Source: Anaerolineales bacterium
Lineage (GTDB): Bacteria; Chloroflexota; Anaerolineae; Anaerolineales; JABWBV01
DNA: 36,826 nucleotides
NCBI GenBank assembly: GCA_041564295.1
Contig: JBFGQG010000001.1
Span: 1 to 36,826 of the forward strand
Direction: 5' to 3'
Shown: piece by piece, positions 1 through 9,317 of the stretch
Layout of the letters: each line of letters opens with the position of its first letter
Position numbering within the stretch: the stretch's first letter is position 1
Position numbers and translations under genes: made by a program
The notes under the pieces: model-generated
What the model saw: the letters and a program-made list of their open reading frames with translations, nothing else
What the model was told of the DNA's origin: nothing
Databases searched by the model: none

Positions 1-617
1 GGGTCGAAATCCGCGATTATCGGGATCTCCGTGGTGTGATCGCCCATTATAAAGCCGGCGAGACCGTTCGCATCAGCTGGTACCGGGCCGGAGAAGAGCA
101 CTCAGGTGAACTCACTTTCTCTGGCCGCCCGATTCCGTTCATCCCGGCTTCACCCGCCGAACTGGCCGACTATGTCCAGAGTATTTACGCACGCTCCGAG
201 GCGGAGCTGGCCGAAATTATTGAAGACGCTACCGAAGCGCAGGCAGAATATAGACCTAATGAAAAAGAGTGGAATGTCAAGGAAATTCTTGCACACATTA
301 TCCTCTCTGAGCGTGCAATCCAGTTCTGGGTCGCTTCTACGAAAGAAGGCGACCTGATCAGGTCATGGAACAGCAATGATTTCGGCCTCGTCGAATCTGT
401 CGTCAGCACGTACCCGACCCTGAAGGAGCTTGTCGCTGAATTGCAGCGCACACAACAGCAAACCATTGCTTTGCTCCGCCGCCTGCCGCCTGAAATCGTG
501 GATTACAAAGGGACTTATACAAATATTGTAACGACTCTCGGTGAACAAGGGCTGCCTATTCATACCCGGATGCATGTCGAGTCCGCCCACGCTTTGCTCG
601 CTGAAGCGCAGACATAA
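1..617 (+). CDS. C-terminal part of a PDZ-domain protein fused to a DinB-like domain; the 5' end lies outside the window
   Basis: The frame is open from nt 3 (VEIRDYRDLRGVIAHYKAGETVRISWYRAGEE, PDZ-like), so the GTG at 36 in the ORF track is probably internal. KEILAHIILSERAIQFW and HTRMHVESAH resemble the DinB/YfiT His-containing helices. Stop at 615-617. Confidence 0.65.
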   Translation, partial: VEIRDYRDLRGVIAHYKAGETVRISWYRAGEEHSGELTFSGRPIPFIPASPAELADYVQSIYARSEAELAEIIEDATEAQAEYRPNEKEWNVKEILAHIILSERAIQFWVASTKEGDLIRSWNSNDFGLVESVVSTYPTLKELVAELQRTQQQTIALLRRLPPEIVDYKGTYTNIVTTLGEQGLPIHTRMHVESAHALLAEAQT

Positions 618-714
618 TAAACAGGCATAATCTGTTGGACGATCCCGGGAGATAGGCCACACCCGGGGCACGGCAAGCAGTTAATTTCCCTCACCACACA
701 CAGGAGGTACAGCA

Positions 715-1686
715 ATGAAACGCACGTTAGGAAAAAGCGGTTTGGAAGTCAGTGCAATGGGGCTCGGTTGCTGGGCAATCGGCGGCCCATGGGATTTTTC
801 CGACGGAAAAGAATCCTGGGCAGCCGGCTGGGGCCAGGTCGACGATGCCGAGTCCGTCTGGGCGATCCAGACGGCGTTAGACTTAGGGATCAATTTCCTC
901 GACACGGCAGCGAACTACGGGGCTGGGCACAGCGAACGCATCCTGGCGAAAGCTCTAAAAGGTAAACGCGAAAAGGTCGTCATTGCCACAAAATTCGGCT
1001 TTCTCGTGGATGAAAAAAACAAAAAAGTCACCACTGATGACGCTCTGATCGTCCAAAACATCCGGAAAGATTGCGAGAACAGTTTACGCAGGCTGGATAC
1101 CGACTATATCGACGTTTACCAGCTTCACCAGGGCGGCCTTGATCCCGAAATCGCCCCGCCAGTGATGGACAAACTCGAAGAACTCGTAGCCGAAGGCAAG
1201 ATCCGTTGGTACGGGTGGAGTACGGACTCTTCCGAGCGAGCGGCTATCTTCGCCCAGGGCAAACACTGTACCTCTATTCAATTCGACCTGAATGTTTATC
1301 GCGATAACCCGGAAACGCGCCGGATTATTGCGGAAAATAACCTCGCCGGAATCAATAAAAGCCCACTGAACCGCGGCATTCTGACAGGAAAATTCCACAG
1401 CGATTCGACCTTTCCCGAGAATGATATCCGGCACGGACTCAACTTTCGAGAAGGTGTCGCCGCAGAACGCCTGCAGCAGCTTGAAATGGTCCGAGATGTG
1501 ATGACAGCCAACGGCCATACGCTCGCACAGGCGTCTCTGGCTTATATCTGGGCGCTCGACCCCAACATGGTTCCTATCCCCGGCTTTCGATCCATCGCGC
1601 AGGTCAAAGAAAATGCGAAAGCGATGGAACTTGGGCCGCTCTCAAAAGACCAGGTCTCACAGATCCACAAGATTCTTGGACGGTGA
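715..1686 (+). CDS. aldo/keto reductase family oxidoreductase
   Basis: 323 aa. AKR motifs GLGCWAIGG, LDTAANYGAGHSE, ATKFG and YIDVYQLH. AGGAGG-like RBS (acaggaggt) about 7 nt upstream of the ATG. Confidence 0.9.
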   Translation: MKRTLGKSGLEVSAMGLGCWAIGGPWDFSDGKESWAAGWGQVDDAESVWAIQTALDLGINFLDTAANYGAGHSERILAKALKGKREKVVIATKFGFLVDEKNKKVTTDDALIVQNIRKDCENSLRRLDTDYIDVYQLHQGGLDPEIAPPVMDKLEELVAEGKIRWYGWSTDSSERAAIFAQGKHCTSIQFDLNVYRDNPETRRIIAENNLAGINKSPLNRGILTGKFHSDSTFPENDIRHGLNFREGVAAERLQQLEMVRDVMTANGHTLAQASLAYIWALDPNMVPIPGFRSIAQVKENAKAMELGPLSKDQVSQIHKILGR

Positions 1687-1692
1687 TAGAGC

Positions 1693-2688
1693 ATGGCTGA
1701 GTACAGAAAACTTGGAAGGACGGGCGTCAGGGTCTCACCGCTCTGTCTCGGCACGATGAATTTCGGGCCTCGCACAAGCACACCAGAGTCTATCCGAATC
1801 ATCCACGCCGCGCTCGACTCCGGGCTGAATTTTATCGATACGGCAGACTTCTACGGCCAACCGCTCAATAACGGGCGAGGCCAGGGGACGACGGAAAGAA
1901 TCGTAGGAGAGGCGCTGAAAGACCGCCGCGACAGCGTTGTCCTGGCAACAAAATTTTTCGCCACGACCAACCCCGATGATCCCAATGCGCGCGGTGGCAG
2001 TCGGCGACACGTCATCCAGGCCTGTGAAGATTCCCTGCGCAGGTTGAACACGGATTACATCGACCTGTACCAGATGCACCGGCCCGATGTGGAGGTCCCG
2101 ATCGACGAAACCCTGCGGGCGCTGGATGACCTCGTCCGCGCAGGTAAAGTCCGATATATCGGGACGAGCACTTTTGCCGGCTGGCAGGTCGTCGAAGCGC
2201 TGTGGCAATCAGAAAGGCTCGGGATTAATCGCTTTATCAGTGAGCAGCCGCGCTACAGCCTGGTGGATCGCCGCATTGAAGAGCACCTCATCCCCGTCGC
2301 ACTGAAATACGGTGTGGCTGTGCTTCCATACTCTCCGCTGGCAGGAGGCATCCTGGCCGGCAAATACGACCCCGACGAGGAAGCGCCAAAGGATTCGCGC
2401 GCAGCGGACGAGGCCTGGGGAACCTGGGCGCGCAGTTTTCTGTCGGAAAAAGTGTACGCGCTTGTTGAAGTGCTGCGTTATGTCGCCGCCGAACATGAGA
2501 CCTCGCCCAGCCAGATCGCCCTTGCCTGGGTGCTGGCCCAACCCGGTGTTACCAGCGCCATCATCGGACCGAGGACGATGGATCATTTTGAAGATAATCT
2601 CGCTGCGACGCAGATTACGCTGCGCGAATCAGACCTGGAAAGCCTGAATGCAGCTTCAATTGCCGGCGGAAAGCTGTTCAACGGTTGA
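1693..2688 (+). CDS. aldo/keto reductase family oxidoreductase (second, tandem copy)
   Basis: 331 aa. LGTMNFG, IDTADFYG, ATKF, YIDLYQMHRPD, IGTSTFAGWQ. Starts 6 nt after the previous stop. Confidence 0.9.
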   Translation: MAEYRKLGRTGVRVSPLCLGTMNFGPRTSTPESIRIIHAALDSGLNFIDTADFYGQPLNNGRGQGTTERIVGEALKDRRDSVVLATKFFATTNPDDPNARGGSRRHVIQACEDSLRRLNTDYIDLYQMHRPDVEVPIDETLRALDDLVRAGKVRYIGTSTFAGWQVVEALWQSERLGINRFISEQPRYSLVDRRIEEHLIPVALKYGVAVLPYSPLAGGILAGKYDPDEEAPKDSRAADEAWGTWARSFLSEKVYALVEVLRYVAAEHETSPSQIALAWVLAQPGVTSAIIGPRTMDHFEDNLAATQITLRESDLESLNAASIAGGKLFNG

Positions 2689-2725
2689 ACAGCCCGCCAA
2701 TCCAATAAGTAAAAAGGAACCAGAA

Positions 2726-2953
2726 GTGACTTTACACATAAATGATTTTGAAGCGCCTCCGGCCCTGGAGGACGACCCGCTTGCAGGATGTGCGGTCCAC
2801 AAAGTGATTGCTACGGGGTGCACCGAGCCGGACTGCCCAAACAATGTGGTCAACCAAAGCGAAGGCGTGCTGCCTCCGGCCTGGAAAGCCCTGGCGAAGA
2901 GATCCCCGACCCCAATCTTCCGAACCAGGTCAAAAACCAGATGCATCTTGTAA
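2726..2953 (+). CDS. hypothetical small Cys-containing protein (75 aa), speculative
   Basis: GTG at 2726 preceded by AAGGA (2714-2718) at 7-nt spacing. The ORF fills an otherwise empty 283-nt gap. Product VTLHINDFEAPPALEDDPLAGCAVHKVIATGCTEPDCPNN... has no similarity I recognise. Confidence 0.25.
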   Translation: MTLHINDFEAPPALEDDPLAGCAVHKVIATGCTEPDCPNNVVNQSEGVLPPAWKALAKRSPTPIFRTRSKTRCIL

Positions 2954-2971
2954 GCCATTGGAGGCGCGCGA

Positions 2972-3547
2972 ATGCTGCATTTTTCCCAATTGCGAAATAA
3001 AGAAATCACCCTCGAAGCGTTCTGTGAGCTCGTCAAGCCGGCGGACCTGCGTACTTTGACAAACGAAATGATCGATGAGCAGCTTGCCCTGATCGCGCAA
3101 TCTGTCGATGCTGATGTCACTTTCGAGCCCCAGGATCCGCTGGCGCAGGATGACGCGGCCGCATCTCCGGGCGAGGTCAAGATGCCGTGGACCCTTGGGC
3201 ATGTCATCGTGCACGTGACCGCCTCCTCCGAGGAATCTGCATTCCTTGCAGCTGAAATGGCCCGCGGCGTTCCGTATGAGCCGCGCCGGTCCCGTTCGGA
3301 AGTCCATTGGACGAAGATGAAAACAATTGAACAGTGCCGCGCGCGCCTGGAGGAAAGCCGGCGCATGCGGCTGGCAAGCCTGGCGCTCTGGCCCGATGAG
3401 CCTTATCTGGATAATACATACACGTCCCCGAAAAGCGGAAAAGCGATCAACCCTATCATGCGCTTCATCTTTGGGCTGCTACACGACGACGACCACCTCA
3501 GCCAGATTAAGGACATCGTCGACCAGGCGAGAGCTGCACGTGCCTGA
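2972..3547 (+). CDS. DinB-family (DinB_2-like) protein
   Basis: 191 aa. GGAGG at 2960-2964, 7 nt before the ATG. His-containing helices (LGHVIVHVTASSEE, LLHDDDHLSQI) are typical of the DinB/YfiT fold. Confidence 0.8.
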   Translation: MLHFSQLRNKEITLEAFCELVKPADLRTLTNEMIDEQLALIAQSVDADVTFEPQDPLAQDDAAASPGEVKMPWTLGHVIVHVTASSEESAFLAAEMARGVPYEPRRSRSEVHWTKMKTIEQCRARLEESRRMRLASLALWPDEPYLDNTYTSPKSGKAINPIMRFIFGLLHDDDHLSQIKDIVDQARAARA

Positions 3548-3566
3548 AACAAAACCACCTTCAGGA

Positions 3567-4889
3567 ATGACCGGATTCACAGTGATCTGGCTGGGGCAGC
3601 TGGTCTCGCTGCTGGGCAGCGGAATGACAACGTTTGCCGTCAGTATCTGGGCGTGGGAGGAAACCGGGCAGGCCACCGCGCTTGCACTGGCGATGTTTTT
3701 CGGTTTCGGTCCGCAGGTCTTGTTGAGCCCTTTGGCCGGAGCAGTCGTTGATCGCTATAACCGGAAGCTGGTCATGATCCTCTCTGACCTTGCTGCAGGG
3801 GTCTCTACCATCGTTCTTCTGACGCTTTTTTTGTCCGAACGGCTCGAAATCTGGCACCTTTATGCCGCGAATGCTTTTGCAGGCGCGTTCGGGTCCTTCC
3901 AATTCCCGGCATATTCTGCCGCTGTATCCGTGATGATCCCTAAAGATCATTACGGCAGAGCAAACGGGATGATCGGCCTGGCGGGGTCAGCTTCCGGCAT
4001 CCTCGCGCCAGTTCTGGCCGGAGCATTGATCGGCTGGATCGGCATTGGCGGCGTCATGACGATTGACATCATTACTTTCGTGTTCGCCATCGCGATGCTC
4101 CTGATCGTTTTTATTCCTCAGCCCGAAGTGTCGGCTGAAGGGCTTCAGGCACGCGGCAGCCTGTGGTCCGAATCGCTGTTCGGATTCAAATATATCTTCA
4201 GCCGGCCCAGCCTGTTAGGCTTGCAGCTCGTCTTTTTCTTTATTAATTTCACCGCAATGCTCGGATTCACCGTGATGGCGCCGATGGTGCTGGCACGGAG
4301 CGGTTCAAATGCGTTTGCATTAAGCTATACGCAATCAATCACCGCGGTCGGCGGGGTCGCCGGCGGACTGACGATGTCTTTCTGGGGTGGGCCCCGGCGG
4401 CGCGTCAACGGCGTGCTCGGGGGTATGATCCTGATCAGCCTGCTCGGCAGCATCCCCACCGGCATCGGTCGCAGCGTCGCCTGGTGGGCCGCCGGAGGAT
4501 TTATTGTCGGCTTTATCCTGCCAATCCTGAACGGTTCGAACCAGGCAATCTGGCAGGCGAAAGTCAAACCGGATATACAGGGGCGCGTGTTTGCTGTCCG
4601 GCGTTTGATCGCACAGATTGCTGCACCGGTGTCCATGCTCTCAGCCGGACCTCTTGCGGACTATATTTTCGAACCTGCAATGGCCGAAGGCGGCGCCTGG
4701 ACAGGGACGTTCGGTTGGCTCGTGGGAACTGGCCCCGGCGCAGGCATGGGACTGATGTTCCTGATGGTCGGGTTTTTAGGTGCTTTGATCGGTCTCGGAG
4801 GATACGCTTTTCCCAAAATTCGCTATGTAGAAGATATAATGCCTGATCATGATGAAGTGCCGGCGCAGACCGCTCCAGCAGCAACATAA
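3567..4889 (+). CDS. MFS transporter (EntS/MFS_3-like efflux type)
   Basis: About 12 hydrophobic helices. N-terminus MTGFTVIWLGQLVSLLGSGMTTFA and motif VDRYNRK are typical of this MFS subfamily. The 80 codons upstream in the ORF track overlap the DinB gene and look non-coding, so I chose the ATG at 3567. The SD is poor, so the start is uncertain. Confidence 0.85.
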   Translation: MTGFTVIWLGQLVSLLGSGMTTFAVSIWAWEETGQATALALAMFFGFGPQVLLSPLAGAVVDRYNRKLVMILSDLAAGVSTIVLLTLFLSERLEIWHLYAANAFAGAFGSFQFPAYSAAVSVMIPKDHYGRANGMIGLAGSASGILAPVLAGALIGWIGIGGVMTIDIITFVFAIAMLLIVFIPQPEVSAEGLQARGSLWSESLFGFKYIFSRPSLLGLQLVFFFINFTAMLGFTVMAPMVLARSGSNAFALSYTQSITAVGGVAGGLTMSFWGGPRRRVNGVLGGMILISLLGSIPTGIGRSVAWWAAGGFIVGFILPILNGSNQAIWQAKVKPDIQGRVFAVRRLIAQIAAPVSMLSAGPLADYIFEPAMAEGGAWTGTFGWLVGTGPGAGMGLMFLMVGFLGALIGLGGYAFPKIRYVEDIMPDHDEVPAQTAPAAT

Positions 4890-4910
4890 GACTCCGACAG
4901 AAAATAGCCA

Positions 4911-6011
4911 ATGACCGAACAATATGAACCTCGCTTAATCTGGGACGCTGCAACCGGCTACGATTTCTTCGTTAGCCTGCATGTGCTGCACGCGCCAGAC
5001 CAATTCGCTCTCCGTGCCTCATGGGCGAAAGGCGTGCGGACGCGGCTCCCCGCTGATGCGCGCGCTTTCTTTGAAGAAACGAGCCACTTGCTGCTGTCTG
5101 CCCTGCCCTGGGTGCACGACCTGCCCGAACCGCGCAACGCTGCGGTTGTCCTCGAAGCCCTCAAAGCGATTCCGGCGGAAAAACGCTTCACAACACTGAT
5201 GCTCTCACCTGAAATCCCGGAAGAAATCATCCTGACATTGCAATCCATCGCTGAACAGCGCGCATGGGACGAAGCGGACCTTGCCTTGATTTCAAAAAGA
5301 GAAGAGACACACAAAGAGAGCAAGGCAGAAATCCGCAAAATGCTGGACCTCTGGGCCAGGTCGGCAGAACTGGGCAGCAGGACGCTTGAAGCGCTCACGG
5401 CTTATTACGAAGTGTTCTTCGAAGAGGAAGAGACCCGGCTCCTGCCTGCGCTGGAAGAGGCCGTTTTCCGCGGCCAGGAAATGGCGCAGCAGCTGCCTTT
5501 TCCCGAACTGCTGGCTGAATTGTCTGAGGGCATTCGGTTCGAGGACGATCTGCTGTCATATAAAGAATGGGTCATGGTGCCTTCGTTCTGGATTTCCCCC
5601 CGGATACTCGTGTCGCGTCTCAGCCGGGACCAGGGCGTGTTCTTTCACGGTGGACGCTCTGCTGAAGCCTCCCTGGTGCCGGGCGAAGCCGTTCCGGATT
5701 CGCTGTTCCTGACTCTCAAAGCCCTGGCAGACCCAACTCGTCTCCGCATCCTGCACTACCTGCAATCCCAACCTCAAACGCCCTCTGAACTTGCGAAAAC
5801 GCTGCGCCTGCGCGCGCCGACAGTAATTCACCACCTCAACAGCCTGCGCCTGGCCGGTCTTGTCTACGTGACCTATGGCAAAGGCGATAAGCGATATGCC
5901 GCTCGCACAAGCCGTGTTGCGGAGATGTATCTCCAGCTTAGGCGTTATCTCGGCGTCTCCGAGGTCAAGCGGCGCGAGGAAATTTCCGGCAGGCCGCCTT
6001 ATATTGCATAA
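4911..6011 (+). CDS. ArsR-family transcriptional regulator with a ~270-aa N-terminal domain of unknown function
   Basis: C-terminal LADPTRLRILHYLQSQPQTPSELAKTLRLRAPTVIHHLNSLRLAGLV is a canonical ArsR/SmtB wHTH. Follows the MFS gene by 21 nt. Confidence 0.8.
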   Translation: MTEQYEPRLIWDAATGYDFFVSLHVLHAPDQFALRASWAKGVRTRLPADARAFFEETSHLLLSALPWVHDLPEPRNAAVVLEALKAIPAEKRFTTLMLSPEIPEEIILTLQSIAEQRAWDEADLALISKREETHKESKAEIRKMLDLWARSAELGSRTLEALTAYYEVFFEEEETRLLPALEEAVFRGQEMAQQLPFPELLAELSEGIRFEDDLLSYKEWVMVPSFWISPRILVSRLSRDQGVFFHGGRSAEASLVPGEAVPDSLFLTLKALADPTRLRILHYLQSQPQTPSELAKTLRLRAPTVIHHLNSLRLAGLVYVTYGKGDKRYAARTSRVAEMYLQLRRYLGVSEVKRREEISGRPPYIA

Positions 6012-6030
6012 GACGAAGCAAATAAAAACG

Positions 6031-6477
6031 TTACCCGTTTAGTGCCAGGTACTCGCCGGCCAGACGTATGGGTTCGCCTACAGCGGCTGGCCGGCAGATT
6101 CTTTGCGCCTCCTCCGCCGGGCACCAGGTCCAGCGGTCGTGTTCGGGGCTGAGCGTAATGCCGGCTTCTGGCGGGGCTTCGGCCAGGTAAACCAACCAGT
6201 CTTCCGTTCCAAAATCCGTTTTCTCCATATCGAGAGCCAGCCCGGTTTCTTCGCCGAGTTCGCGACGCGCGCAGACATCTACATTTTCGCCCGGGAAACG
6301 CGCGCCGGACGGCGGTGTCCAGGCCCAATCACCGTCATACTCCAGGCCGTTGTAGACACGGTGCAGCACCAGGAATTCAACCTGGCCTTGTTTCCAGCGA
6401 TATACGAGGATTGTCGTCCCGTACGGCTTCTCCTGGCTGACGGGCGCGCCGTCCCACGTCGTCTTCTCCTCCCCCAT
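6031..6477 (-). CDS. NUDIX hydrolase
   Basis: Nudix box GENVDVCARRELGEETGL. I chose the ATG at 6477 (MGEEKTTW...) because it overlaps the upstream TAA stop as TAATG. The longer ORF-track start lies inside the upstream gene. Confidence 0.85.
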   Translation of the reverse strand: MGEEKTTWDGAPVSQEKPYGTTILVYRWKQGQVEFLVLHRVYNGLEYDGDWAWTPPSGARFPGENVDVCARRELGEETGLALDMEKTDFGTEDWLVYLAEAPPEAGITLSPEHDRWTWCPAEEAQRICRPAAVGEPIRLAGEYLALNG

Positions 6478-7313
6478 TACGCCTCCAGCCGCGGCGGCCC
6501 GTGCCGTATACGCCGCAGGAGCGAGTCGAAATCTTCCGCCTGCCACATGGACTCGATCCACCAGGCCGCACCGGCATCAGCGAACGGCCGAACTGCTGCT
6601 TGCTGCCTGTGAACATCGTCTCCAGGCGTGGTGCCTTCAACAACGATGTCGATCGCATGTCCTTCCGGCGCGTTTTCAGCGAACCAGCCGGACATCTCGG
6701 CGACGATTGCAGGTGTGACTGCCTGGTGTTTGCCGTCTGCAGAAAGCACATTGGGAAGAAAACCGTCACAGCGGAGCACGCGCTGCATCGATTTCGGACG
6801 ATTCCAGGCGCCGACCATCCAGATCGGGATATGCGGTCGGCCTCCCCGTTGCTGAACCGGGGGCGGCGCCGTGATAAAAGACTGTTCCTTTATCCGGAAA
6901 TGTTTTCCGCGGTATGGGAACGGCTTGCTCTGCCAGAGCCCTTCCAGGATTTCCAGGCCTTCGTCCACCAATTCTGCGCGATGTTTCTTGTCCGTCGGTA
7001 AACCGAAATCAGCAAAACCAGTATCGATCGCGCCCAACCCTACCGACAGGATCACCCGCCCGCCCGAAAGCGCATCGAGCGTGGCCGTTTCAGAAGCGAG
7101 CTTCCAGGGTTGCCGGATGGCCAGTGGAGTCAGGAGGGTCCCGAGGCGAATGTGCTCTGTCCTGGATGCGGCTGCACCAAGCGTGACCCATGGGTCCATC
7201 CCCCAGGGCGCTTCCCAGGTTAAAAATGCGTCCCAGCCAGCCAGTTCCGCTTCTGCCGCTGCTTCAACGGCGGCTGCAGGGTCGTTTTTTGGAAATACAA
7301 AACCGAATTTCAT
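6477..7313 (-). CDS. LLM-class (luciferase-like) flavin/F420-dependent oxidoreductase
   Basis: 278 aa. MKFGFVFP..., GWDAFLTWE, IRLGTLLTP and GGRVILSVGLGA are typical of the LLM family. The ATG overlaps the upstream stop as ATGA. Confidence 0.85.
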   Translation of the reverse strand: MKFGFVFPKNDPAAAVEAAAEAELAGWDAFLTWEAPWGMDPWVTLGAAASRTEHIRLGTLLTPLAIRQPWKLASETATLDALSGGRVILSVGLGAIDTGFADFGLPTDKKHRAELVDEGLEILEGLWQSKPFPYRGKHFRIKEQSFITAPPPVQQRGGRPHIPIWMVGAWNRPKSMQRVLRCDGFLPNVLSADGKHQAVTPAIVAEMSGWFAENAPEGHAIDIVVEGTTPGDDVHRQQAAVRPFADAGAAWWIESMWQAEDFDSLLRRIRHGPPRLEA

Positions 7314-7900
7314 TGCTGGTTTTTTCTGCGAGGCAGCAGCCTGCCTGTCCGCGCAGCGTAGTCCATGTAAGCTTTGCCGAAACGCTCCTTCAGCATGGTT
7401 TCTTCACGCGGAACGCGGGTGAAATACAGAACCGGAAAGACGACGAGAAGCGATGGGCCGGCAATCCAGTTATGCAGGAGCAAGAGATTTGCGAAAGCCC
7501 AGAGCCATATTGCAGCGTAAATCGGGTGCCGGATCCGTCCATAAATCCCCGTTGTAACGAGTCGCTGCCCCTCCCTGATGTCGATTTTCGGTGACCAATT
7601 GTGCCCTAATGTGTTGTATGAAACCAGGAGGCCCCAAAAACCTGCGAACATAGAAAGCCCGCCAGGCCAAAATGCCCAGTCTGGAAGCTCGTAGTCGGCA
7701 AATTTGAACCAGTCCGTAAAAATATAGAGGAGAGGAAGCACCTGCCATGCGACGAAAGCAGCAAAATCTAAAAACGCATCGAAAAAGCGTGTGTGTTCGC
7801 TAGAAACTTTTATCTTCCGGAAAGCCTGTATCCTCGGGCTGTAAATCCCGAAGAGATACAGCCCCCAGATAATCAGCCAGAATAAATGGGGGGCAGGCAA
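7310..7900 (-). CDS. isoprenylcysteine carboxyl methyltransferase (ICMT/PEMT) family membrane methyltransferase
   Basis: 196 aa, multi-TM. C-terminal RLVTTGIYGRIRHPIYAAIWLW...REETMLKERFGKAY is the ICMT-family signature. TTG start with GAGGA overlapping the glgC stop. Confidence 0.8.
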   Translation of the reverse strand: MPAPHLFWLIIWGLYLFGIYSPRIQAFRKIKVSSEHTRFFDAFLDFAAFVAWQVLPLLYIFTDWFKFADYELPDWAFWPGGLSMFAGFWGLLVSYNTLGHNWSPKIDIREGQRLVTTGIYGRIRHPIYAAIWLWAFANLLLLHNWIAGPSLLVVFPVLYFTRVPREETMLKERFGKAYMDYAARTGRLLPRRKNQQ

Positions 7901-7909
7901 ACCAAATCC

Positions 7910-9178
7910 TCAGGACGGCTCCTTGGGCCCGATAAATGTTTTTGCAGGAAGAACCGTGTTTTTCGGAATGACAACGATCCCATCTCGGACGAACCAGCCT
8001 TCCCCATCCAGTTCTGTTCCCGGCGGGAACGGCTCGATCACAACGCCTGCTCCAAGGCGAACGTTCTTGTCGATAATTGCGCCGTTGAGCCTGCAGCCTT
8101 CACCAATACCGAGTGGCAAATCCGGGAAGGGGTCATGCCGCTGGACGGTGTAAAAATCTGCTCCCATGATGATAGATTTCGTGATCTTAACGCCATCCCT
8201 GATCACACTGCGCAGTCCGATCACCGAATCGCGGATGATTGCCTGCCCGATCTTACAGCCGTCTGCCAGGAGGACGTTCTCCATAGTTGCTCCGTCGATG
8301 GTGGCGCCGGGCAAGAAGCGTGCGCGGGTGAATATCGGGCCGCTGGACGCATGGAAATCGAAGGGAGAATCCGGTGTCGCCAGCCGGAGGTTGGTTTCGT
8401 AAAAGGAGCGGATCGTCCCGATATCTTCCCAGTACCCGTCGAAGTCGAAGCCGTAGACGCCCAGGGAGCCGATAGCGTTGGGGATCACGTCGCCGCCGAA
8501 ATCGTCGTCGGTGGAGTTTTCCAGCAGGTTGCAGAGAATCTCAGTTTTGAACAGGTAAATGCCCATTGAGCCCAGGAAGGGCCGCTCCGGGTCGTCCCTG
8601 CTGACAAATTCTTCCAGCATAGAGGGGTCTTTTGGTTTTTCGAGGAAATTTGTGATGGTGCCTTCTGGTGTGCGCTTGAGCAGTCCAAAGCGGGATGCTT
8701 CGCCTACCGGCACAGGCTGGACGGCGACAGTGATGTCTGCCTCATTTTGCACATGGAACTCGACCATTTTTTCATAATCCATCCGGTAGAGATGGTCGCC
8801 GGCCAGGATCAGCACATATTCGGCCCGCGTTGATTTTATTTCGAGGAGTTGCTTCCGGACGGCGTCCGCCGTACCCTGGTACCAGTCAACGCTTTGCAGC
8901 GTTTGCTCAGCCGCCCAGATCTGCACCCACCCGCTGTGAAAAGGGTCAAAATTATAGGTGCGGGTGATGTGCCGGTGCAGCGATACCGAGTTGTACTGTG
9001 TCAGGATTGCAATGCGGGAAATGCCGGAGTTGATGCAATTGCTGATCGGGACATCGATCAGGCGATATTTTCCGGCAAACGGGACGGCGGGCTTGGACCG
9101 ATCGCGTGTGAGCGGGTAGAGTCGTTTACCGGCACCTCCCCCTAGAATGACACCCAGCACGTTGATCACTGATGACAT
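7910..9178 (-). CDS. glgC: glucose-1-phosphate adenylyltransferase
   Basis: GGGAGKRLYPLTRDRSKPAVPFAGKYRLIDVPISNCINSGI plus a C-terminal left-handed beta-helix repeat region. ATG at 9178 is preceded by GAGGAGG; the longer ORF-track start has no RBS. Confidence 0.9.
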   Translation of the reverse strand: MSSVINVLGVILGGGAGKRLYPLTRDRSKPAVPFAGKYRLIDVPISNCINSGISRIAILTQYNSVSLHRHITRTYNFDPFHSGWVQIWAAEQTLQSVDWYQGTADAVRKQLLEIKSTRAEYVLILAGDHLYRMDYEKMVEFHVQNEADITVAVQPVPVGEASRFGLLKRTPEGTITNFLEKPKDPSMLEEFVSRDDPERPFLGSMGIYLFKTEILCNLLENSTDDDFGGDVIPNAIGSLGVYGFDFDGYWEDIGTIRSFYETNLRLATPDSPFDFHASSGPIFTRARFLPGATIDGATMENVLLADGCKIGQAIIRDSVIGLRSVIRDGVKITKSIIMGADFYTVQRHDPFPDLPLGIGEGCRLNGAIIDKNVRLGAGVVIEPFPPGTELDGEGWFVRDGIVVIPKNTVLPAKTFIGPKEPS

Positions 9179-9317
9179 GAAAATCCTCCTCAGATTGATG
9201 TCAAAAAGCCGGTCGCGACGCTCGGGCAATAATGGTTCGACCGGTACTGAAGCCTGCTGCAGCAAGCCAGCTGAACATGGTTAAACAACCAGCCTTGTCC
9301 GCGAAACCCGGCTGGTA

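Noticed and set aside
3327-3566. 80-codon N-terminal extension of the MFS ORF in the track
   Set aside because: It overlaps the DinB-family gene in another frame. It is Thr/Arg/Ser-rich and non-membrane-like. The MFS homology begins at the ATG at 3567.
6478-6561. Longer start for the NUDIX gene. Similar long starts occur for glgC (9179-9265), pdxS (13394-13429), tmk (33777-33875) and yhfC (13690-13755).
   Set aside because: The extensions overlap upstream genes or lack an RBS. The internal starts have GGAGG-type RBSs or stop/start overlaps, and they coincide with the conserved N-termini of the families.
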